Below are positions 54,191 through 64,000 of a stretch of DNA of 64,000 nt, in pieces. Source of the DNA: Asterias rubens (Eukaryota). The stretch lies in assembly GCF_902459465.1 (NCBI RefSeq), contig NC_047064.1, forward strand, positions 22,134,001-22,198,000, read 5' to 3'. A program made the translations under genes and the position numbers. The notes beneath the pieces were generated by a model. The model was not told where the DNA came from. It ran no database searches and saw nothing but the letters and a program-made list of their open reading frames with translations. Numbering within the stretch: position 1 is the stretch's first letter; each line of letters begins with the position of its first letter.

Positions 54191-57100
54191 TTAGAAGGCA
54201 GCATTGTGTAACTCGGCAACCTTCCTCAGCATTGCTTGGTGACTCGCAAACAGACGAATATTGGAGCTGACTCGTTGCCATCGAACACCCTGAGCGTCAT
54301 CACCAGCCTGGGAGATTGGATGGAAAAAGAAAAACAAACTCATTCAAAAAATCTTAATGAGCAGGTATATCCCATCATAAATAATCTACAAAGGTCAGAG
54401 GTCATCTTTCTGAAGACGATCAGAGCATACTGATCGAAATGTTGAGTTGTCAATCACTGGTTCTTTTCAGAACCAATACTACTCAAAAGAGACTAAAGTC
54501 CGGTTTATACTTACTGCCAATGCCAATGCGATACAAAGTTTTACTTTAAAAATTTGCAGTGAATAATTCGCATCAGTTGAAATGTGCTCAACTCCAGCAA
54601 AATATTCGCTGCAAAAACAGAGACGCTTTACACATGGTGCTACAAGAAACCTGACTCCATTATACTCCCACCTTACAAAGCTTCAAATCCTATCCACAAG
54701 GAAACCTCATTCCATTATACTCCCACCTTGCAAAGCTTCAAATCCTATCCACAAGGAAACCTGACTCCAGTATACTCCCACCTTGCAAAGCTTCAAATCC
54801 TATCCACAAGGAAACCTCATTCCATTATACTCCCACCTTGCAAAGCTTCAAATCCTATCTACAAGAAACCTGACTCCATTATACTCCCACCTTGCAAAGC
54901 TTCAAATCCTATCTACAAGGAAACCTCATTCCATTATACTCCCACCTTGCAAAGCTTCAAATCCTATCCACAAGGAAACCTGACTCCAGTATACTCCCAC
55001 CTTGCAAAGCTTCAAATCCTATCCACAAGGAAACCTCTATCCATTATACTCCCACCTTGCAAAGCTTCAAATCCTATCCACAAGGAAACCTCATTCCATT
55101 ATACTCCCACCTTGCAAAGCTTCAAATCCTATCCATAAGGAAACCTGACTCCAGTATACTCCCACCTTGCAAAGCTTCAAATCCTATCCACAAGGAAACC
55201 TGACTCCATTACACTCCCACCTTGCAAAGCTTCAAATCCTATCCACAAGGAAACCTTACTCCATTAAACTCCCACCTTGCAAAGCTTTAAATCCTATCCA
55301 CAAGGAAACCTGACTCCAATACACTCCCACCTTGCAAAGCTTTAAATCCTATCCACAAGGAAACCTGACTCCAATACACTCCCACCTTGCAAAGCTTCAA
55401 ATCCTATCCACAAGGAAACCTGACTCCAATACACTCCCACCTTGCAAAGCTTCAAATCCTATCCAAAAGGAAACCTGACTCCAGTATACTCCCACCTTGC
55501 AAAGCTTCAAATCCTATCCACAAGGAAACCTCATTCCATTATACTCCCACCTTGCAAAGCTTCAAATCCTATCCACAAGGAAACCTGACTCCATTATACT
55601 CCCACCTTGCAAAGCTTCAAATCCTATCCACTAGGAAACCTTACTCCATTATACTCCCACCTTGCAAAGCTTCAAATCCTATCCACAAGGAAACCTGACT
55701 CCATTATACTCCCACCTTGCAAAGCTTCAAATCCTATCCACAAGGAAACCTGACTCCATTACACTCCCACCTTGCAAAGCTTCAAATCCTATCCACAAGG
55801 AAACCTGACTCCATTACACTCCCACCTTGCAAAGCTTCAAATCCTATCCACAAGGAAACCTGACTCCAATACACTCCCACCTTGCAAAGCTTTAAATCCT
55901 ATCCACAAGGAAACCTGACTCCATTACACTCCCACCTTGCAAAGCTTCAAATCCTATCCACAAGGAAACCTGACTCCATTATACTCCCACCTTGCAAAGC
56001 TTCAAATCCTATCCACAAGGAAACCTGACTCCATTATACTCCCACCTTGCAAAGCTTCAAATCCTATCCACTAGGAAACCTTACTCCATTATACTCCCAC
56101 CTTGCAAAGCTTCAAATCCTATCCACAAGGAAACCTTACTCCATTAAACTCCCACCTTGCAAAGCTTTAAATCCTATCCACAAGGAAACCTGACTCCATT
56201 ACACTCCCACCTTGCAAAGCTTCAAATCCTATCCACAAGGAAACCTGACTCCATTATACTCCCACCTTGCAAAGCTTCAAATCCTATCCACAAGGAAACC
56301 TGACTCCAGTATACTCCCACCTTGCAAAGCTTTAAATCCTATCCACAAGGAAACCTGACTCCAGTATACTCCCACCTTGCAAAGCTTCAAATCCTATCCA
56401 CAAGGAAACCTGACTCCATTACACTCCCACCTTGCAAAGCTTCAAATCCTATCCACAAGGAAACCTGACTCCAGTATACTCCCACCTTGCAAAGCTTTAA
56501 ATCCTATCCACAAGGAAACCTGACTCCATTACACTCCCACCTTGCAAAGCTTCAAATCCTATCCACAAGGAAACCTGACTCCAGTATACTCCCACCTTGC
56601 AAAGCTTCAAATCCTATCCACAAGGAAACCTGACTCCAGTATACTCCCACCTTGCAAAGCTTTAAATCCTATCCACAAGGAAACCTGACTCCAGTATACT
56701 CCCACCTTGCAAAGCTTCAAATCCTATCCACAAGGAAACCTGACTCCATTACACTCCCACCTTGCAAAGCTTCAAATCCTATCCACAAGGAAACCTGACT
56801 CCATTACACTCCCACCTTGCAAAGCTTCAAATCCTATCCACAAGGAAACCTGACTCCATTACACTCCCACCTTGCAAAGCTTCAAATCCTATCCACAAGG
56901 TCAGGACAATTTGTTTTAATCAGGGCAACCACACATTTGAGAAAGAATTTGTGAACAATTGCTTACCTGTAATTCCAGTAGGCTGACTGAGGTTCCGTCT
57001 TCATCGTGGAAGTTCATGGCCACGGTCTCCATCCACGCATTGTCCGTGTTCCGGGGATCATCAACATACCCTTTATAGATCTTCAGAGATTCAAAGAAAA

Positions 57101-60100
57101 TATCTCTATTTAAAGACAGCCACTAGACACTATTGGTAATTACTCAAAATGATTGTTATCATAAAACCTTACTTGGTAACAAGCAATGGAGAGCTGTTGA
57201 TAGTATCAAACATTGTGAGAAACGGCTCCCTCTGAAGTAACATAGAAAGAGTCTTTGAGAAAGAGGTAATTTCTCACTCAAATAATAAAAGACTTCAGGC
57301 CTGAAGCCTTTTATTAGGTATCTGATGAAAGCACATCAACTTGAACAACAGGGTGTTTTTTCTTTCATTGTTCTATTGCAACTTTGATGACCAATTGTGG
57401 CCGAATTTGTCTAGTAGGGCAGTTTAGACTGGTACATCTTTTGAAACATATTTTCTTCCTTAATAAACTAGCTTAGTCAGATAATCTTTCCATTTTTCCA
57501 TTTCTTACCTCCACACCATTGCTAAATAGATCTTCAATCTTCTTGGCTAACAAGGCAACCTCGTCCATTGATTTCTCCATTGATCCAAGAGCTTCTTCAC
57601 CGAACTCTCTCTTGAGTGTGGCACTAACAACATCTCCTGGCTCAACCATACCCTGAACAAAAAAACAAACAAATAATAATAATAATAATGGACATTTGTA
57701 GGGTGTCATGTCTGTCAGAAAGATACTCCTGGCACATAGAACAAAAAAGCCAAGACGGAACAAGTGAGATTTTAAGTGAGTTTTCAAGTTGGATAGAGTA
57801 TCTCTTAGTCTGAGGTTCAGTGGAAGGGCATTCCAAAGAGATTGACCAGCATACAAGAAAGAACAGTCTCCCCAAGTGTGTTAAGAACTACAAATAACAA
57901 GACTTACCCCTGGTATGGCCCACTGCTGATTATCCTTCCGCTGTACAGCAACAAACTCCAGAACCTTCTGTCCGTTGTCTTCAATAATTACGCCATCGGA
58001 ATTCTTCTTCCATCTTTCATGAAATAAAAACCAACAACACTTATTAATAAAATAATAATAATAATAATAATACCTAATCTCAATGGGCTTAACACTAGTA
58101 CCCTGGTCATTGGGCAATAACATTCCTTAAATCTTTCTCAGCTCCCTGGAGTGTACACAGCACTGAGCTGCCATATGGTGCTAGTAGCTTTTTCATACAG
58201 CTGAAGAAAACTCTTCAGATCTTGCAGAAGTTATAAACTAACCTTGTGACAATTGGATCTGCAGCGTGGTTGGGTCCAAATCGACCCAGCAGTCCGCGGC
58301 CAATCATCCCGGTGCGACCTCGTGGATTCCTGTGGAAATTGAGGAATGAAATAATATCAAGAATTCTTGTATCATCTTTAAAGTTCTAATACAAACCTTA
58401 TTTTTTTAGTTTATAACAATTTCAATCTGATCGTAAACCTTGTAAATAGTTCTTCATAAACAGTTTATAATAGTTTCAGTACAATTATAAACTTCATAAA
58501 CAGTTTAAAACAGTTTAAATCTGATTATCAATTTCACAACCTAGATAAGGTTGAATCTGATTACAAACTTTACAATAACAATCCTCCAGAGAAACATTTC
58601 TGTTGCACATCATCATAGTGTGATCACCAAAATTTGTTGACATTTGAAGAAATTGAGGTTGCACGATGTATTTATAGACATTTTAACAGATATTGAATTT
58701 GCTGTTATCATAAACAAGGACATACTTTCTCTTTTACAGACAACGAACAGGCCTGGAATTACATGCAGGCCACAGAGAGGCCTTGACCTTCATTGCTTCT
58801 AGTATTGGCCTTGGTGCCCCTTCAAAGGTTTCCCATTTGACTGAAAGATTTTCCAATGGAAGTGCCCTTTGCAAAATGAAAATGGCCTTGCATTTTTAAA
58901 GATGAAGTCCCAGGCCTGAACAAAACACTCCTAATTTGAACTTACTGTGGCACACCGTCCGTGACATTATAGTGTCCCATGAAACTCACACGGTCGTAGT
59001 TGACTGATTTGTCGAGCATGTTAAAGTTCAACATGGGTCTCTCGCTCTTAGAGTACTTGAGCAAGTCAATGTCGGCAAAATGTGGCAAGGCTAGAATGCT
59101 TTCGTGGGTGTAGCTGACTGGCTTGTAGAAATGAAAGCTAACCTGTGGGAGATTTGTTGACAAAACGTTGCACTGTTAAGGGTTTCTACTTTATTTTGTT
59201 TCACTTTATTTTACCATGCTATAGAAAAGAAAAAAAAACGTACATTGGATTCTATATATCTCCCAGGTGAGTTTTCCCAAGAATAAATCCTTGAGCAAAC
59301 CTTCAATAGCAAAGGATGTGTGTGGGTATAAGGGGTTCGGGTACATACCTCCCAGGGTACCTTCTCATCGGGTACCGGGGACCGACCAATGGCAGTTCCG
59401 GGATAAGGACTTGAGCGTGCCTTATGATGGAGAGTTATCCCAAGCTCTTCTAGCGTTGATGGAACCTTTCGTTCCTCACTCTCAGAGGTATAGTTCTCTT
59501 CCACTGGTGTATGAAAAACAAGATCAAGAAAAACCTTATTACCACCAAAATGTTTCTCCTTCTAAGAATATTTCTTATTTTGATTAAAACAGCTTCCCTT
59601 CAGAAAAGTAATTAATAAACAATTAAGATCATACAAACACAAACATTTCAGAATGAGAAAGATGACTTTTGAGGGTGCTATTGTGAAAATTTTTTGGGGT
59701 GGGGGTGCCATTTGTAAAAATTTAAGTAACCGTGTAATGTCTCCATGTGTCCTTTGTAAATTCAGATGTAATTCGGAACTTGGGCTGTGAGTTTTGAATT
59801 TTATTAATAAACCAGAATAATAATGATAACAATATGATCAATCACTAAAAAAAACAGTACGTGAAAGGGTTAAATAAAACCTACCTTCTCTCGGCTTGAT
59901 CTCTTTCAGCATTGGTGGACCTTCTAAGGATCCCAGTTTATGGTCACGAAGAGATGTTATAATCCAATCAATAGCCTGATTGGTCCTCTCCATCTAGGGT
60001 TAAAGGTCAGTCATAAAGGTTAGAGGTTAACAGTGGTCAAAATGAGTTCAACTCTCCTGAACAGCCTAATATGTCAAGTTGCTCTAATGCTTTTGGTTTA

Positions 60101-63100
60101 ATGTCTTACTAACTTCTCAAGTCTGTTTAATCTTTACCTTATAGCATTCTAGTCAAGTGACACTAACTTCCTTTACCCTAGACTTTTGTTTGGTTTCAAC
60201 CCCAGCCTTCTTAGAAAGTCACTGCAGAATCTCGGGTCTTACCTGGTCCTCCAGTCTATTCAATCTTTCCTCCATGGCCTTCTCACCAAGTAATCCTAAA
60301 GCTCTTGACGGCATCCCTGTCTCAGGATCAGCAAAGAGTTCTTCCATCTTCCCAAGTAGATCCTCAACTCTGGAAAGAAACCAAGTCTAAGATAAGAGAA
60401 TGGATTTGACAATGCTGGCATGGCATGAATCATTATGAGATGTGTAAACGGGTTGATGAAAGTCATGCTGCATCTTGTACGGCAATGCACTTTATCTGTC
60501 AATACTTGAATCTTAAATTGATAACTAAAGGGTACTGCACCTTGTCTGCCGAGCCCCTTGTACAACAGGAAATTACAATAATGAATTTCCAGCAAAGAAA
60601 CCAAAGGATCCTCTGAAAAGTAGAGGGAAAGTCAACCCAGCTCTCCCCGGTACTCACCTCTCCCCGGTAGTCATGACTTGTTTATTGATGTCACTTTGCA
60701 TCAGGCGCCTCTCCTGGGTGATGAAGTCGTCGCTTTGTATGGCTTCCCATAAAATCAACTGCCTCGCTTTAGAATCCGAGATGTGTTGCCCTGTTCAAGT
60801 CAATCCAAATTAAAAACATTCAACCACAAAATCTTCACAATTTATTAATCAAACTCATGTGTTCTGAACAAAATTATTGATGAGTACTTGATAGACCTTT
60901 CTTATGATAATTATGTAAATTGCACATACAAACCAAGTTTGCACTAACATTTGGTTCACAAACTGAGGGAACATCGTGCTGTTTTGTACATGTTGTGTGC
61001 GGCTAATGGTGACGTGATGACGCAGGTAGCGATTGTGCGTCTGCTTTGCCAACCAATAGGGTCTGAACGCATGCGTGAATGTATCCCCACTAGCATACTT
61101 CATGGGAAGAGTCTATTAACAAATATAAACTCTGTTTCAACTAACAATACCAGTAGTCTTTTTTAGTGCACCCATCGACCATCAAGTGCACCCATACCCG
61201 CAACCAAAAGTAGACTGGTAGTCTGCACCATGCAAAGGTGTGTAACTAATCACCAGTTTACCAACTCCCATGCATTAATATGGCAACGGTTTACATACAC
61301 TGGGCTTTGAAGGGCCTTCTACCGGCAAATAGGTTGTGAGCATTTTTCCCAATGTCACTCATGACGCTACTCACTCTTCTCAAAGATGAGTGCTGAATCA
61401 GGGGAGCTGAGTTGACGGAGTTAGAAATCAGATAGATGAAAAAAACGCTGATCCCATTGTAGTTACAATAATAGTAATGAGCCTTTCCATATCATGATGC
61501 TCAGTAACAATAAAAGATAGTGATAATTAATGAGCTACTGGAAAAAGGTGATTTTTTAAAATAGTTTTTGTTATGAGACATGGCATGTATCACAAGACTG
61601 GACGACCACTTCAAGGCGAGGGGTACACTGAACTGATTTGGGGTATCGACCCAAATCCACTGCCACCAGGGGCAAGTTGCTATCTACTCCTTGGGATGAA
61701 ACGGGGCACAGAGGGATTTGTGAATTTTTTGCATATCAGTCGAAATTTGCGCCTATCAGAACACAATTCAGGCGTATCGACCTGCTACACTAGCTTGTGT
61801 AGCTCTGCATAGGGAGACCTTTGATTTGTAGAGGGTTTGATACTTTTCTACAACTCACTCATCTGTCCACTTCGGTAAGAGATGCAGCAGCCGCAGATTT
61901 TCTGAATGAGGAAACGGCACAGGAAGAAGACGTGAGCTATGATGATGAAGGGAGGCACAATGGCCGGTCGGTTGAAGTACTCCTTAATCAGATCATAGCG
62001 TTGAAATCGCCAGTAGACGTCTGTGTTCTCTTGGACTGCTGAGAAGGTGTAGCTGTTGGCAGAATAAATCACAAGTAAATTTGATGCATGGTTTTAATGG
62101 CACTGCTGTAGGCACCCTGAGCTGCCTGCAAGCCGTCTGGTGCTGTGGGAACCAACTCATGGGGTGAAGCTGAGGAGAAGACAGAGGTTGAGCTATGGCC
62201 GTGTCTTGAGGAGAGATGCTGGGGCAGAGACCACAACAGAGTTGGCTGCCTGTATTCAGGACAGGAAAGATAGGAGACGCCACCAGGTGGGATCCCGAAA
62301 AACTAGCGAGCATGGAGCTCAATTAATAACATTTATCTTTAGTTTTAAAAGCCCTACTCTGTAATCTGTTATCATTATTATTATTTTGGGGGGTGGGGGG
62401 ATAAAAACAAAACAGTTTTTCTTTTTTAGGGCAAAACAAAATTGGAATTCCGTTTTAAAACAGAGGAATCACATCCCTGAACATCACAGGCATATTACTC
62501 AGGTGGGATTACCTAGATTTGTTTTAAGAAGGTTCCTTACCTAAACATAGCAATGAGTAGATTGAGTAGCAGGACATTGCTCAGCATCATGTACACTGCT
62601 AACAGAATGACTCCAATAGTTGAATACTCAGCACACCGTGGAGCGCCAGCTTCAATCAATGTTAAATCGTTAGAACAACCGTTGTTCCCTGTAGGGAGAA
62701 ACCAAAAGTAATCAGTCATCTGCAAGACTTAAAGGCACTGGACATGTTTAGTAATCAGTCAACATCTGCAAGACTTAAAGGCACTGGACATGTTCAGTAA
62801 TCAGTCAACATCTGCAAGACTTAAAGGCACTGGACATGTTTAGTAATCAGTCAACATCTGCAAGACTTAAAGGCACTGGACATGTTTAGTAATCAGTCAA
62901 CATCTGCAAGACTTAAAGGCACTGGACATGTTCAGTAATCAGTCAACATCTGCAAGACTTAAAGGTACTGGACATGTTTAGTAATCAGTCAACATCTGCA
63001 AGACTTAAAGGCACTGGACATGTTTAGTAATCAGTCAACATCTGCAAGACTTAAAGGCACTGGACATGTTTAGTAATCAGTCAACATCTGCAAGACTTAA

Positions 63101-63621
63101 GGCACTGGACATCATTAGTAATCAGTCAACATCTGCAAGACTTAAAGGCACTGGACATGTTTAGTAATCAGTCAACATCTGCAAGACTTAAAGGCACTGG
63201 ACATGTTTAGTAATCAGTCAACATCTGCAAGACTTAAAGGCACTGGACATGTTTAGTAATCAGTCAACATCTGCAAGACTTAAAGGCACTGGACACGTTT
63301 AGTAATTGTCAAAGACCAGTAGACCAGTGACTGAAAACACAAGAGCTTGGGTTCGTTGGGTTAGTTAGATCGCTTGGCCACGACACTCTACGTTTGGTGC
63401 AATAGATCTTATAGCCATGACATTCAATTGAAAAACAAAAACCTACCTTGGATATCTTCAAGGAACAGTTCCCCGTACATCTGGAAGTAAGCTTTAAAGA
63501 AGACACCAGAGATGACCTCATGAAAGCTGGACCCATTGGGGAAGAGGATTGCCTGGGATGCAACGCCGTAAGCAACAAGAAACACTGAGAGGATGGCAAT
63601 GAAGAAAGCAAGATCTACCAT
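54191..63621 (-). CDS. TRPM2: TRPM2-like cation channel with C-terminal NUDT9-homology (ADP-ribose pyrophosphatase) domain; 3' part only, 13 exons in window
   Basis: Exons 63447-63621 (S5/pore, [13 protein letters not shown]), 62541-62688 (S6, [12 protein letters not shown]), 61859-62052 (TRP box, [16 protein letters not shown]), 60658-60790, 60243-60369 (coiled coil), 59885-59993, 59349-59503 ([20 protein letters not shown]), 58946-59142, 58243-58329 ([29 protein letters not shown]), 57908-58013, 57509-57652 ([21 protein letters not shown]), 56967-57080 ([18 protein letters not shown]), 54191-54307 ([15 protein letters not shown]..stop). Phases are consistent; the 5' end lies beyond the window. 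Confidence 0.92.
54641..56900. repeat. 55-bp minisatellite, about 41 copies, in the last TRPM2 intron
   Basis: Unit aaggaaacctgactccattatactcccaccttgcaaagcttcaaatcctatccac. Confidence 0.97.
57110..57404. mobile_element. Kolobok/T2-like MITE K1, copy f (truncated)
   Basis: ttaaagacagccactagacactattggtaattactcaaa and K1 body; right TIR missing. Confidence 0.7.
57668..57856 (-). mobile_element. LINE (L2-like) 3' end with (TTA)n tail
   Basis: Minus-strand translation [32 protein letters not shown], followed by ctacaaatgtccattattattattatt. Confidence 0.65.
62707..63325. repeat. 46-bp minisatellite, about 13 copies, containing a K1 MITE terminus
   Basis: Unit agtaatcagtcaacatctgcaagacttaaaggcactggacatgttt. 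The last unit continues as gtaattgtcaaagaccagt, which is the K1 body. Confidence 0.93.
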
Positions 63622-63859
63622 CTAGACAAAATAAAAGAACACGGTCAAAGAACCTTGTATTATTTTATATTTTTGTTTATATATTTCTGGCAATAAATCA
63701 TAGATGTCTCATAAGTGAACTTTTTTTTTACTCACTGTAGCTCGCAAGCCTGAGGAAACTTGTTAACAAGGGTGCCTGCTATAATGAACCAGAAAGACTG
63801 GGGCTTTTCCCTACTCATCCACAGTACGTGCACAATAAATACTCATACATGCGACCTAC

Positions 63860-64000
63860 AGCTTAATATTCCATCCAATAGACAAAGCAATTATGGTAAA
63901 GCATCTTGTGTGCAAGGACACAAGTGCCTCCACTGGGATTTATACTTACATTCTGCTCATCAGAAACACCACAGCTTGAGTACTGTGTTCTTTATCGCTC
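63860..64000 (-). mobile_element. Partial tRNA-derived SINE
   Basis: Minus strand gagcgataaag..actcaagctgtggtgtttctgat..cacttgtgtcct resembles 36308-36480. Confidence 0.5.

Noticed and set aside
54584-56986. Multiple ORFs (for example 184 aa) in the 55-bp array
   Set aside because: A 55-bp period cycles through all frames; no recognisable domain; lies in a TRPM2 intron on the opposite strand.
60638-60670. Direct repeat ctctccccggta at a TRPM2 exon/intron boundary as an alternative donor
   Set aside because: The intronic copy (minus strand accggggagag) is followed by CT rather than GT, so it creates no second donor.

Overview
Eukaryotic (metazoan, probably invertebrate deuterostome such as an echinoderm; inferred, not proven) AT-rich, intron-rich genomic window. 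It holds five spliced genes that I reconstructed by hand with GT-AG junctions and consistent reading phase: SIN3 co-repressor (+, 23 coding exons, 2068-22036), MESD LRP chaperone (-, 3 exons, 28209-30256), lunapark/LNPK (+, 9 exons, 30935-37804), HIBADH (-, 44803-51185) and the 3' half of a TRPM2-like channel with a NUDT9-homology domain (-, 13 exons, 54191-63621, running off the window). Introns and spacers carry large minisatellites (51, 54, 55, 77, 46 and 104 bp units), TTAA-flanked Kolobok/T2-like MITEs, Harbinger-like MITEs, and SINE and LINE remnants. Main points of interest: (1) one HIBADH coding exon is present as six complete, splice-site-flanked, sequence-variant copies spaced 35 nt apart, which predicts forced mutually exclusive splicing; (2) LNPK and HIBADH sit tail-to-tail, and these are the genes that separately flank EVX2/HOXD and EVX1/HOXA in vertebrates; (3) the TRPM2 keeps the catalytic REFGEE Nudix motif; (4) a 3.9-kb, almost AG-free array of polypyrimidine-tract units sits directly in front of a SIN3 exon; (5) HIBADH appears to need a 17-nt microexon. 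Most entries in the ORF track are repeat-derived or exon-plus-intron artefacts.
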